NCBI RefSeq assembly: GCF_021028975.2
Contig: NC_059432.1
Location: forward strand, 64,914,001-64,978,000
From: Sphaerodactylus townsendi
Taxonomy: Eukaryota
DNA: 64,000 nt
Direction of reading: 5' to 3'
Below the pieces are notes generated by a model. That model was given only the letters and a program-made list of their open reading frames with translations, was not told the DNA's origin and made no database searches. Positions 49,369 to 61,375 of this stretch are shown one piece after another. Numbering within the stretch: position 1 is the stretch's first letter; every line of letters starts with the position of its first letter. The translations under genes and the position numbers were made by a program.

Positions 49369-50699
49369 TGTGACAAAGGCACCTCGTGCTGCTAACGGGG
49401 AAGTGGGCAATTTGTAAGAGAAGAGTTAGGTAGGAACATGAAATTGCTGTGAAATGCAAAACTTTGGTTTGGGGTGGAGCTAGAAATTATTTAGAAATAA
49501 GGGGAGGGGGCTTATAAAAGAGGATCAGTGGATAAGAAGTAAGCTTTCTTACATTCATTGATCTTCTGTATAAATAATTGCTCACTTCCAGCTTCATAGC
49601 TCTGCTGAAGAAGAGAAAATGAGGCAGAAAGACAGCTTTAGCAGCAGAGGAATTGTTAAAGGAATTAAACACAATAACCTTCTGAGATGGACACCCCCCA
49701 ACCCTCCTTTCTTATCATCTTCAGGCAGGGGACCACAGACTGACTTATCCTGTCAGTTTCCCCCCCATCTTTTCCCTTTCAGGGACTGAGGTGCTTCAGA
49801 AAATGGTAGTGTTTGGTTGAAAGCACTTCCCCTCAGCCATATAACACACCCAGAAGGCAAAGAATACCCATTGACTTTTATTCTTTTTCAGGTACATCCC
49901 TCACTAAGACACTATAAAATAAATACTTGAGGCAGATTTAAAACTTAAACAGATTAAAGATTTATCAACAGATAGAGGAGATGGGAAAGGAGGAATAGTA
50001 ATTTGGAGATGGATTTTGATGAGGCAAATAAGGCAGGAGGCAGTATATATATACACACACACACTGTACACAAAAGGTTGGCATAAAGGTTCAGAGATGT
50101 TTCACAGATCGGACAGTTCCTTTAACTTTACAGGTAGTTCTGGCTTTTGACTTTTGCACATACAGGGTCCTAACACTGGCTTGGTACTTATACACAGTAC
50201 CCTCACACATTCCACAGTTAGGAATGACCCTCAAAATATGAACTCTCTACTGAGGTCAACCAAAGCAATACCCAATACCCCAGACTCACTGGTATACAGG
50301 GATTCTTCTCTCACTAGAAGAAATTCTTACCCCAGTTTATTATGGTCCCACAGCTTAGCCCTTCAATAAACCCTTTCATGAGTATATATTTGCTTTCACC
50401 CAGCACTCAGGCTGATAACAGAAGCAGTTACACACTTTGACTGACTACTTCCTTCAGTTAAAGCAGACAGCACTTAACAGCAGGAACGCTCCAGACCATG
50501 AAGACTCACAGATTCTTCTGACAGGGAGTTAACCTCCTTTGCATCATACAGTTACTTAGTCAATCAGAGTGCAGGAGGCCACAGCCAATCAGGTGGCTTT
50601 TCTGTTCCTAGCCTTTCAGCCTCACTCTGACTGTAAACAGTAAGTTGTTTTAGACAAAAATACACTTTTAAAAATCATATTTCCTTGCAGTCCATCATA
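49369..50699 (-). mobile_element. Probable 3' LTR of the Gypsy remnant
   Basis: On the minus strand a purine tract AAAGGGTGAG precedes TATGATGG; candidate end GTCACA at 49369. Left boundary is tentative. Confidence 0.55.
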
Positions 50700-50975
50700 T
50701 GTCTCACCCTTTGAAATCATTGCAGTAGGTCTGGCTTTTCATGCCTCCTCTTAGCAACAAGTGAGGTCTCCAATAACATTTACCCTTTGCGCATTGTTAT
50801 CTTAAACACATTAACACATTGGGCATTACCTTATATACTTTTTGCATTTACCTTAACATTCTTATAATTCAAAATACATCAGTAGATACACAGCACTTTT
50901 ACTCAATGCTCACCACATTACAGGATTACCTTAAATACTAACTCAGGTAAGTTTATCAGTTCACGTTTACAGTTT

Positions 50976-51700
50976 TTACCTTCCGTTTGTCCTAGAAAGT
51001 GCATCTGCGATTACATTGTCCTTGCCTTTGATGTGCATCACATCAAAAGCTGTAATCCTGCAACTGCAGACCCCTTCTGATCAGTTTGCTGCTTGTGCAC
51101 TTTACCTGGTTCAGACATTTCAAAGGCGAAGGATTAGTACACAGAGTACATTTCCTTCCCCAAAAGGTAAGGTTTTAATTTACCCACCGCCCATACTATT
51201 GCCAGATGCTTGATGTCTGAGAGATGTCGCTCTCTTATCTGCCAGTTTACAGCTCAGATAGAGAACAGGAAGTTGAGCTCCATCCTCTCCCTCCTTGGCT
51301 TAGCATGGCTCCGATGCCAATGTTAGAGGCATCTGTGAACAACATAAAGGGGTTCTCAAAATCAGGTGCCCTTAAAACTTGTACCATAGTAAGTACTTAC
51401 TGAAATGTGTCAAAAGCAGTCTGGCACTCTGGTGCCCACAACACTTTATTTGGTACAGCTTTTTTTGTTAGCTCACATAAGGGTGCTGTGATGGTGCTAA
51501 ACTCAGGTATATACTTCCGGTCGTACCCAACTCCCCGATGAATGCTCTTATTTGCTTTTTTGTGGTGGGCCAGGGCCATCCTGAATTGCTTGCACCCCTG
51601 TCCAGTCTGGTTATATTTGCCTTCCAGTATGTGTCCCAGAAATTTCACCTGGTGCATACCTATTTGACACTTGGAGGCTTTCACTGTTAGCTCTCTTTCC
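50976..51700 (-). mobile_element. Ty3/Gypsy pol remnant (RT thumb/connection + RNase H), frameshifted
   Basis: TVKASKCQ..VKFLGH, GYDRKYIPEFSTITAPLCELTKK, FTDASNIGIGAML, LAIVWAVGKLKPYL, HIKGKDNVIADALSRTNGR*. Confidence 0.9.
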
Positions 51701-53029
51701 AAGAGTAGCCAACTAAAAAGTCCACAATCAGGGGCACAGGCCAAAGCCTCCCATTGCTGCTGCTACCCAGCAAATGGCAGAGTGCCTTGGAATATGGCGG
51801 TCTTATTCAGACCTGCCAATTACAAAGACTGGCTTGTTTATATAAAAACTGGATATTGTAGGCTGGTGTAGTGATAGGTCCATTACCATGGGTCTTCTGA
51901 AACAGGGCTGGTGATAACAGTATCTGTGACTTGGGACCCATTGAAATGTGGTCCAAGATACATTTGAATACATTGGCTTCCTTCCTTCCTCCTTTTCCAA
52001 ACATGGAGCCTTGTTTGACTACATAGGTTCATTCAGGTCTATATCTTTATGGAAGCTGCTACTAGTCTGGAAAGATAACCTTAAACGATTAATTCTTTAA
52101 CTGGTCATTAGAAAATAGGACCTTTACCATGTTCTTTGGAGGGGCACCCAGGAATTACTTCAGTGGCTGTGCTGTCATAGTACAATTTGGGGGTAGTGAG
52201 ACTGTGAGAGACAGAGCAGTGTGACCATCACCACAAATAGCTCCCAGCTCAGCCCTCTTGTTGTCATTCCCCTGCCCCCAGTTCACCCAATGTTATTCAA
52301 AGTGTTCCAAGCTTTCTGTTCCAGGCTTTGTGCCTAAGTTAGCAGCTTGGCAGCTTGGTAAGTTAGCACGCAGCACCCATACCAATGGGCCAAAAATGTA
52401 AAATGTAGCTAGGGGATGGCAATGCGTTTGGGAAAAGTGCTGTAAGCCATTTTAAGACCAAAGGATAGAGCAGGATATAAATCAAAGGAGTAATATTCCA
52501 CTTCTCATATCAGGGAATATGGTAGGGGGAACAGAGGGACACTTAAACAAAGCCATTGAGGGCATTTAGAATAATATTACCAGGTGGCCCTTTCTTGAGA
52601 GGGTTGCGCGTGATGCTAGGATTTCAGGATTTTCACATGATGGCTATCTCTTCATATCTGAATAAAGCATAGATATCCTTGTTTCAGATGCTTCAGTTCT
52701 TAACATTTCAAAATATTGGGACCTTTTGAGGCAGAGTGTCAGTGTGCTTATGGGTTTGTGGTGTGTGTGTATGTCTGTATGAATGACAGATAAATCTACC
52801 AAGAATAGTAATGACTGACGGCGCAGTACCTGGGCAGAAAGCCACAATTCCTGTCCCCATCCTGAACTGGAGAGGGGGAGCAGCCTATGTGGAATTGATG
52901 GCACTTTAAGCCAACATTCTGTCCTGCCTTTCTCCCTACTCACCATGCAAGTGCGGGTAGGAGATCCTTGTGTGTCTCCCTTTGGGGATGGGGGTTCTTT
53001 AAGCAGGAACTGACCACTTTAGGAAGGTG

Positions 53030-53205
53030 ACTTCTGGGCAGCTGGACAAGGAAAGAACGTGACAGGCTGAACTCATGACAAAGGCTTGTGAGGGGAGGGA
53101 AGTAGGGATGTCACTTTAGACAGAACTGTTCATCAGATCTTTATAGCAGTAGCTGCAACAGAACTGAGTCAGAACCAGTGAGTACTGTATAAGGACTGAG
53201 CAGAT
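53030..53205 (+). promoter_or_regulatory. ANKRD2 proximal promoter
   Basis: E-box CAGCTG (53039), AP-1 TGAGTCA (53165), TATA-like TATAAG (53188). Confidence 0.5.
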
Positions 53206-53341
53206 GGCTGAGCCAGGATTTCAAAGCTGTCAGGACGGTTCACAACTCCATGACAATACAGAAAAGATGGCTGGTGATGATCAGGGACTGAAGTGGGCAA
53301 CTGAACTGATTGAACAGAAGCTAGCTCTTGAAGAGCAAGAG
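53204..53341 (+). CDS. ANKRD2: ANKRD2 exon 1 (start at 53204 or, more likely, 53267)
   Basis: MAGDDQGLKWATELIEQKLALEEQE resembles human VQRATALIEQRLAQEEENE; donor G|GTCAGT. Confidence 0.8.
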
Positions 53342-53572
53342 GTCAGTTTCCAGGGGACAAGTAGGGGTAGTTTGCTGGGAGACCAAAAGCTAGACTCGGT
53401 TACATGAGGAGTGACTGTGTAGTTTCCCTGACAATGCTGGAAGGGGCCACCATAGTGTGAAGTAATAGGAATCAGCCTCTTCAGGCAACAGAGTCCACAG
53501 CAGATGCCAAGGAAAGAAAAGGTAAGTTGTCAAGACATCAGCATTTTCTCATCTTCTGCATGTTTCATCCAG

Positions 53573-53686
53573 AAACACTGCTCCCATCCCCCTGCAAAGC
53601 TGCCAGAAATGGCACAGATGGACTCTCCTCAGCTGAAAGACGAAAAGCAGCGTGGACCTATCAGCAAAGACGTTGAGGGGCTAAAG
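53573..53686 (+). CDS. ANKRD2: ANKRD2 exon 2
   Basis: KHCSHPPAKLPEMAQMDSPQLKDEKQRGPISKDVEGLK (cf. human KLPMDLLVLEDEKHHG); 114 nt; phase 0. Confidence 0.8.
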
Positions 53687-53935
53687 GTCAGAGGGACTTG
53701 GACCTTCCGCATGCCTTTTAAAGCTTATTCTGTTGCTTTAAATATGAATTCATTTTACTAGAAGTAGTTTCCAGAACTTAATCTACTGGGTAAAAGCATT
53801 CAGTATATGTTTTATGTTTTCTTCACATGGCTGAATGACATAAATTCTCTCATGCTAATAATCCTTATAGTACTCCATTAGACACTGAAAGGAACTATAT
53901 TTTATAGGTATCAAATACTGGGTTGGTTTCTGCCT

Positions 53936-53939
<4 letters not shown>

Positions 53940-53980
<41 letters not shown>
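53940..53980. repeat. (CT)n microsatellite
   Basis: About 20 CT units in ANKRD2 intron 2. Confidence 0.95.
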
Positions 53981-53984
<4 letters not shown>

Positions 53985-54439
53985 GTGTGCGTGTGTACAT
54001 GAGCTATGGCATTTTAGAAAGGCATGGCTTTAATCTGAAATGTGATATTCCCCCTTTGCCCAGGATTGTAAACAGCGCTGCTCCTCTTTGATACTGATTT
54101 GATTATAGTGTCCTGCTTGTACTTATCTGGTACCAAATAAAACTGTTCCAAATAGCGAGTTTTCCCTTTCATTTTTATCATCCGCACCCAAGTTTCCCCA
54201 GCTCTGGCTGTTTGCACATCCACATCCCTGAGACCAGGTTGTCTTTCTCCTGCAGGTTCCATCCCTCTTCTTTGACCCTAAATTTCTAGGCATCATAACT
54301 CCAAAGACTGTTTGTCCAGAGGTGACTAATTCAATTCAGGCCAGCTGCTCCCAGAAACATACAGCACCAGTTCTGACCGTTCGTTCTGTAAGGAAAAGGA
54401 CTGAGGATGGGAATGGAAGATGGCACCAATTAATAGATT

Positions 54440-54860
54440 TTATTTTATTAGATTTATATCCCACCCTTTCATTACCATTGTCAGGCTCAGAGTGGCTAAT
54501 ACCCTCAGTTAAAATACAAATACCCTCAGTTAAAATACATAATATAGATGATACAATTAAAATGTTAGCAAATTTATAAAAATCTACTTGGTGCTCTATC
54601 AAAATTCCATTGGATAAGTGAAGGAAGTTACAAGTATCAGTGAAGGAAAGTAACAATAATTAAGACAAACCAAAAATCAGCCAAGTGACGATAGAGGTAG
54701 GGGGCCAGCTAAGATATAATCTTCACTGCCTCAACCATAGGCCTGGCAGAATATCTTGATCTTGAAAGTCCTGTGGACTTGAGCAGATCTAATTCAGCGT
54801 TCCATCAGGGGTGAGAGCTAAAAAGGCTCTGGTTCTGGTTGAGGACAGCTGGATGTCTCT
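54440..54860 (-). mobile_element. L2-like LINE 3' fragment; similar fragment ~29045-29480
   Basis: TTTATTAGATTTATATCCCACCCTT..GGCTCAGAGTGGCT tail pattern typical of squamate L2. Confidence 0.5.
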
Positions 54861-55439
54861 AAGGCCACAAAAGAGTTCCTGTTCTACAACATATGTTGTC
54901 ATCTATTCCAGTAGAGATTCCCAGTGGTTTTGACTCCAAGCAGTTCCATTGCTCTTGGTGGACTGTTCCTTGAATCACCCTGAATGGCAGTCCCTTTGTA
55001 TTCCTATTTATACAATAAAGGTAAAGATAAAGTTTTCCTTTCAGTTGTGTCTGACCCTGGGGTACCACTGCGAGCAGTTAGCCAGTGATGCAGTTAGATG
55101 TTTTAAAGTCTGTGGATTCAGTGGTCTTACACTCTCTACCCTGGCAATGATGGTGTTGATTTACTCAAACCCCCCCCCCTTTTGAATCCATGTCTTGAGG
55201 CCCTGGACTTTCATCCCAAAGTCAAACTCTGATTGTACCATGGTTTTCAACATCCTTTATGTTTGGTGAGATGTTGTGTTCTTGATCTTAACACAACTGT
55301 ACATTAAAGGACAGCTACACAAACTGAATAAACAGCCTGCCAATGACCTTCTCCACTGGCTCATTAGTATCATTCTCTTGTATGGGCAGCTAAGGGAGAG
55401 TACAGCAGTGCTAACACTAGGCACACTGATAATTTTTGA

Positions 55440-55920
55440 TTTTGTTCTGCACTAATCAAACCTCACCTGGGGTAACGTGTCCAGTTCTGTCCATCACAGT
55501 TTGAAAAGAACATCAACAAACTAGACTACATCCAGGGGAGGATTATCAGGATGGCAAAGGGGTCTGGAAACCAAACCCTGTGAGGCAAAATGGAAAGAAC
55601 TGAGTATGGGAGGACATAATGATTGCCTTTAAATATCTGAAGGACTGGCATGTAAAGGATAAATCATCTTGTTCCCGGGGCAGGATTAGAATTAATGGGT
55701 AAAATTACAAGGAAGTAGATTTGGGGTAAATCTTAAGGGAAATTTCCTAATAATAAGAACAGTGGAGCAGACTGCCTCAGGAGTGGTGGAGGCTCTTTCA
55801 TAGGAGGTCTTTAAATAAAGGCTAGATTACCATCTGTTGCAGTTGCTATAGTTGTGTATTCTGGCAATGAGCAGGACATTGGATTAGGTCACTTTCAAAG
55901 CCCTGTCCAACTGTATGAGC
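55440..55920 (+). mobile_element. CR1 LINE 3' fragment
   Basis: CCTCACCTGG..GTCCAGTTCTG, AAATATCTGAAGG, GAAATTTCCTAATAATAAGA..TGGAGCAGACTGCCT. Confidence 0.72.
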
Positions 55921-56261
55921 CCTTCCCTCCCCTCCCCTTTCCCTAGGGCTATGCAAATTAGTATGGGAATTAAGACGGTCTCTCTATGGGTAAAATAAAA
56001 TAAATTATCTAGTCAGCTATGTTATTAAATTTGGTATTGCGATAAGTAGAACACATTGTAGGAAGTAAACAAAACAAAAAATAAGCCCTTTGATCAGCAT
56101 GTCCTTGGCCATAACTGGAGAGCAAAACAAACAGGGATTTGCAATTACAGGGTGAAGAGACAAGAATCCGTTAATAAGCCAGAGAATTCTTCACACATCC
56201 CTTTCCCCTTCTCTCCCCTGCTTTTCCTTGCTCTTTATCCCCTGCCTTCTGTCCTCTACAG

Positions 56262-56402
56262 GGCCAGGAGAGGGTCCGGAAGAGTTCTGTGGACCTAAGG
56301 CGAGAGATCATTGAAGTTGGTGGCACTCAGTATCTCTTTGAGCTTCGCAAAAAACCCAAAAAGAAAGAAGAGAAGAAACCAGAGCCTGAGCCGGAGGAGA
56401 TT
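56262..56402 (+). CDS. ANKRD2: ANKRD2 exon 3
   Basis: GQERVRKSSVDLRREIIEVGGTQYLFELRKKPKKKEEKKPEPEPEEI; basic NLS-like and PEST-like region. Confidence 0.95.
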
Positions 56403-56722
56403 GTATGGAAAATTACATTGTCGGGGTTGGGAGGGTGGAGTTCTAGGGAAACAGTAGTGAGAGCCCAGAATTCATCTGAAAGTGCATTTAGGAAGCTGAC
56501 TGAAGCAAGACAGCAAGGAACCAGCTTGTTCTCCAAAGGTGGAGGCCTCTAGATGCATGCTATTCCTATGAAGGGCAATGTCTGCCACAAGTGCTTAGAA
56601 CTCTGGGAAGGGGTTGGGAATAGTGTGTCAGGGTTTGAGGTTTTCCTCTTAACTTTTTAAAAAAATTGCTATGCTTTTTGAGCCTTTAGAACACTCATTG
56701 AACCATCAATGCTTCCCTGCAG

Positions 56723-56830
56723 ACAGGTCCTGTGGCAGAAGAGGACTTCTTGAAAGCTGCTGTACAGGGCAAGGTGCATGTTGTGGAGAAATTCCTGGCA
56801 GATGGGGGCTCTCCGGACACCAGTGATGAG
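56723..56830 (+). CDS. ANKRD2: ANKRD2 exon 4
   Basis: TGPVAEEDFLKAAVQGKVHVVEKFLADGGSPDTSDE; 108 nt. Confidence 0.95.
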
Positions 56831-57382
56831 GTAGTACAATGCTCAAGGAATGGCATTCTTAATTATCTTTCCTGTGATTTCTATTTATTGCTGTTTTCTC
56901 TAGTTATGGATTAGAATGTGGCACCCATTTAGCAGTGTGGTAGCCATCTCTGCAGAGTTTTGGGCAGGACAGTAAAGAAAACTGAAAATACTTAGAGTTC
57001 AAAGAGTACAAGTCTTGACACATGGTTAGTAGAGTCTTTGTTAAGTGTAAGAATATGTGGAACTGCCTTATACCGAATCAGACCACTTGCACATCTAGCA
57101 CATGATATTGTTTCTTCAAGGTCCCAGGTATCAAAACATCTTTTCTAACACCTTGACCTGAGACTTTTAATTGGAGATACTGGGGACTGAATTTGGGATC
57201 TTCTGCATATACAATATATAGTCCACTACTAAGCTTTCTTTTTCTTTTTGAGAAGGGGGTACTGCAGAATCTATTTTTAAATCTGAGAAATAACTCCTCA
57301 GTTTTGCATGAAGGTACATTGGGGTGAGTTGTCTGAAAGACTACCAATATGAAGACCAGGTGACTTCTTGAAACAACTCTGA

Positions 57383-57522
57383 TGCCCCTTCTGTACATGC
57401 AGAATAATGCACTTTAAAACTATTTTGCAGATGGATTTTACTGTGCGAAATACCAAAATCCACTTGCAAACGATTGTGAAAGTGGATTGAAAGTGCATTA
57501 TTCTACGTGTGTGGAAGGGGCC
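57383..57522. mobile_element. Palindromic MITE (Harbinger-like)
   Basis: GCCCCTTC..ACATGCAGAATAATGCACTTT ... AAAGTGCATTATTCTACGTGT..GAAGGGGC. Confidence 0.7.
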
Positions 57523-57846
57523 TGTCCTTTATAATCTCTGAATCATACATGCCCATTTATTGTAAGAAGTAGATAACTGGGGCCATCGGTACAACCCCAT
57601 GAAGTCTAAGAAAACGAAAAACCCAGTTCCTCAGTATATATGCTGAACATGAAAGAGACTTCACAAAATTCCTTTCAGCAATGTATGGAAAGTTTAATAA
57701 ATGCTAGATTAGTGGTGCGGTGGTAGGCAATGGGGAGATATATGGAGCTTTAAAGAAAAATACCTTTGGTCATAGATAATTGGTATAGAACCTCCTTTCT
57801 TTTACTGCATCCTTTGCTTGAGACTTCCTTTTTCTCTTTCAACAAG

Positions 57847-57945
57847 TTCCGTAGGACAGCTTTACATCGTGCCTCACTTGAGGGATACACAGAGATAGTG
57901 GAGAAGCTTTTGGCCCGTGGCGCCACTGTTGACTTCAGAGATCGA
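57847..57945 (+). CDS. ANKRD2: ANKRD2 exon 5 (ankyrin repeat)
   Basis: FRRTALHRASLEGYTEIVEKLLARGATVDFRDR; 99 nt. Confidence 0.96.
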
Positions 57946-58059
57946 GTAAGATCTACCCCCTCATATTCTTCCATGAACATGCTTACTTTTGTCTCAATCA
58001 TTCTGCAGTTTCAGCCATGTCTCCTTTCTGCTGTCTACCATTGTTGGTGTCTTGTCTAA

Positions 58060-58557
58060 GGACCTTTCTGCACAGCATAGGTAGAGTGGGTGACAGTCAG
58101 GATAAAGTACCCACTCTCCTGTTTATGCATACACATGCATCTGTGCAGACAGCGATTGAAGTCTGGGGAAACAATGCAGGCTGCTGTCACGCCTTTGCAT
58201 GGAGGTGTGTCTTTCACAGGCAGGCACAAATGGACCCCCAAAGCCATGCTACTGTCTCGCGATGCCACGAGATGACCTTGTGACCCTGAGTGGCTACACA
58301 ACTGCAAGGCAGGAAATTTTGAAAAAGGAAAGTGTGGCCGATTAAAGCGCCTCTTGCCCAGCTGTTTGTTTGCTAGTGGCTGCAACCTGGGATATTAAAA
58401 AAGAATTGTGCATAGTGCGATTCTCAAAAAACCCAGTTCGGGGGAACTAACATGGGGCAGCCTTGCTTTAGGGGTGGGATCCATGCAAAGTACCCCCCAC
58501 CCCAATGGGTTTTTTACCATCCGTAGCCCGGGTTTATCGGCCCATACGGAAGGGGCC
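58060..58557. mobile_element. Degenerate Harbinger-like non-autonomous element
   Basis: Ends GGACCTTTCTGCAC / ATACGGAAGGGGCC resemble the TIRs above. Confidence 0.4.
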
Positions 58558-58749
58558 AGAGTCTCAAGGGGAAAAAATCATTGGGTTGTCTAGGTATCAA
58601 AAATGGCTTTGAATCTTTCAACAAATTCATGTGCAGTTAGGAGGTGCAGGCACATGAAAATACAAAAGAAAACTCCAAGGATGGATGAAGGTTAGCATAG
58701 GTGAAAGGTGGAGTGGGTCTCCCTGTTGACAGATGTGTTCTGCTGACAG

Positions 58750-58848
58750 CTAGATGCAACTGCTATGCATTGGGCCTGTCGTGGTGGACATCTTGATGTG
58801 GTAAAACTCTTGCAAGAGAAAGGAGCCAGTTTCAATGTTAAGGACAAG
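58750..58848 (+). CDS. ANKRD2: ANKRD2 exon 6 (ankyrin repeat)
   Basis: LDATAMHWACRGGHLDVVKLLQEKGASFNVKDK; 99 nt. Confidence 0.96.
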
Positions 58849-59241
58849 GTAAGTGAAGGAGTGAGGATTCCAGGAACTGCTGCATGAAAACTTTGGTGAA
58901 AGAATAGCATTGTGGTAAAAAAGGAGATCAGCTGTTGGGGAAGTGGGTGAACTTTGTGTGAAAGCCAGAGGGGGAGGGGGTGCATGCTCCTGTGGGGGTG
59001 TGGCGAGGGCGTTCCGGGGGTGTTCCAGGGTGGGATGGGGCAGAGGACGCACCAGTGCACCAGGCGCTTTCCCCCCTTGCTACACCTCTGGTGAAAGTAT
59101 TGGGGCAAAGGTGATTTTAGAAGAGAAATTGTGGTTGCATTAGGGTAATAGAAATATAGGGCATTCTGATGGGTAGGACTGAATTAAAATAAAATGTTTC
59201 TTCCTTCTGGCTTCCATCCTTCTATATTTTCTCAAACTCAG

Positions 59242-59340
59242 CTTCTCAGCACTCCTCTGCATGTGGCAACCCGCTCTGGTGTAACTGAGATTGTGGAACA
59301 CCTGATTAACAATGGAGCAGATATCAACTTTAGGGATCGA
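59242..59340 (+). CDS. ANKRD2: ANKRD2 exon 7 (ankyrin repeat)
   Basis: LLSTPLHVATRSGVTEIVEHLINNGADINFRDR; 99 nt. Confidence 0.96.
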
Positions 59341-59993
59341 GTAAGATAACATTTTTGAAAAAACAAGTGTGTGTGTCTTTTATTGAAATGACTATAGTTC
59401 ACCTCACTCTAATCAATGATTTACAGTGGGTAACAGAAGTGTTGCATCAGCAAATGAGGTCCTGTCTGTGAAAGTTGTTGAAGCAACAAAATGAAGGGGA
59501 ATATAAATATGATACTAGCAGTATAGCAATTTAAAATGCAAAAGCCCTTATCATGCCTTACTAAGTTCAGTTCCTAAATGTGCTTGACCCTCCTCTTTTC
59601 AGGAAGTGGTTGAGTTGTTTCAGAACCCTTTCATACCACTCTAGTAATTTCCAGCCAACCAAGGATGCACTGAGTGATCCACCTGGATGCTCCAGCTCAT
59701 GGAGCCAGCATCCTCTGCCCCAACAATGGTGAAACTGCAGCCCTTCCTATCACGGACAGCCAGAAAGATTCTGTTCAGCCAGACTGACTGAAACCGTTCA
59801 GGGTTGGTTTTGGCCTCCAAAGTTATATTCAGTGTATCCAGACTGTGCCAAGACTTGAGAGAGCTGAACTGGATGGTTTTCTCTGGCTGCTAAAGCTTCA
59901 CCTGTTCTTAGATCAGTATTATGCACTTAGTTCTGATTTCTTATTCCAGTCTGTCCTTACCTTCACAATGCGGTACTACTGTATCTGTTGCAG

Positions 59994-60092
59994 GAGGGAG
60001 ACACTGCCCTGCATGATGCGGTTCGTCTTAATCGTTACAAAATCATTAAGTTGTTGACTCTGCATGGGGCAAACATGATGGCCAAAAACCTG
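59994..60092 (+). CDS. ANKRD2: ANKRD2 exon 8 (ankyrin repeat)
   Basis: [33 protein letters not shown]; 99 nt. Confidence 0.96.
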
Positions 60093-60250
60093 GTGAGTAT
60101 TGCCCTGTGATGACTTTAGCACAGGATAAAATTTTAATAATTTAGAAGGAATTTTCTTTCAGCAGTTCAGCTGCCAGCTTCAGGTAGCTCAGGTTGCAGC
60201 AGTTGCATGATACAAAGATACTTACCTTTCTTATCTGTCTCCTGCCACAG

Positions 60251-60349
60251 GCTGGGAAGACTCCTGCAAGTCTTGTGCAGCTATGGCAGAAAGATACACG
60301 GCATGTGTTGGAAAAGCAAAAGCCAGACACAGCAGAGATGCCATCATGA
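60251..60349 (+). CDS. ANKRD2: ANKRD2 exon 9 (terminal, stop)
   Basis: AGKTPASLVQLWQKDTRHVLEKQKPDTAEMPS*; candidate polyA signals ATTAAA 60438 and AATAAA 60622. Confidence 0.95.
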   Translation, partial: AGKTPASLVQLWQKDTRHVLEKQKPDTAEMPS

Positions 60350-60905
60350 GGCAGAAGGAGAGGGGACGGGGAAGCCAGCTGGAACTCCAAGCAAGGATGA
60401 TATTGGACGCCAAGAGGCTGCCTGTTGTTACTACCCAATTAAAAAAAGAAGTAAAATCTAATGTGGGTTCACCCACTATGTGAGAAGCAGAAATGCAATA
60501 GCTGGAAAATTCCCCATCACCATATTATCACCAGCTACACACGTGAATTTTGTGTTGTCATGCAGCTGTATATAACAGAAGCATGCTGTCAAGCAGAAAA
60601 GTTCCAGTCTTGTATCCATGGAATAAAATGAAGCTGCCTTACACCAACCCAGACATCTGGTCAGTTAAAGCCAGTGATGTTTGCTCTGATTGGCAGGAGC
60701 TCTTGATGGGCTCAGGTAAAGGTCTTTCACACCACCTCCTAGCCAATTATTTTACCTGCAGATGCCAAGGATTGAACCTGGGGCCAGTAGTATGAAAACT
60801 AGATAATCTGCCACTGAGCCACCACCCTTCCAGTGAGCTGAGTGATAGATAACACTCATGTGTCCCAGATGCATGATAAAAAAACAAGCCCACAAGACTT
60901 TACAG

Positions 60906-61375
60906 CAGTGATGGCGAACCTTTTTGAGACCGAATGCCCAAATTGCAACCTAAACTGCACTTACTTATCACAAAGTGCCAACCCGGCAATTTAACCTGAA
61001 TGCTGAGGTTTTAGTTTAGAAAAAACCCGGTTGGCTCCCTCTTCCTCCGCCCCACCCGCTCGAGCAGGGGGCAGCCTGCTCTAGCCTGCAGCAAGTCCCG
61101 CACACACCGCTCTTTGCCTCTCTAGCATCTCTGCCTCCTCTGCACCCCCTCCCTCGGGAAGCAGCACAGGCACCAGGCCCGCCAGCCGAGTCCTCCCTGC
61201 TCACCACGGTGCACACACGTTGTGCTCAGTGGCCCATGCCAGCCTAGATGTGTGTGTGTGTGTCAGGGTGTGTGTGTGATTTTCCGCCCCCCACGTGATG
61301 AACTCTGTGCGCGTGCCCACAGAGAGGGCTCCGAGTGCCACCTCTGACACCCGTGCCATAGGTTCGCCATCACTG
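60906..61375. mobile_element. hAT (Charlie-group) non-autonomous transposon
   Basis: 16-bp TIR CAGTGATGGCGAACCT / AGGTTCGCCATCACTG; 8-bp TSD CTTTACAG / CCTTACAG. Confidence 0.88.
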
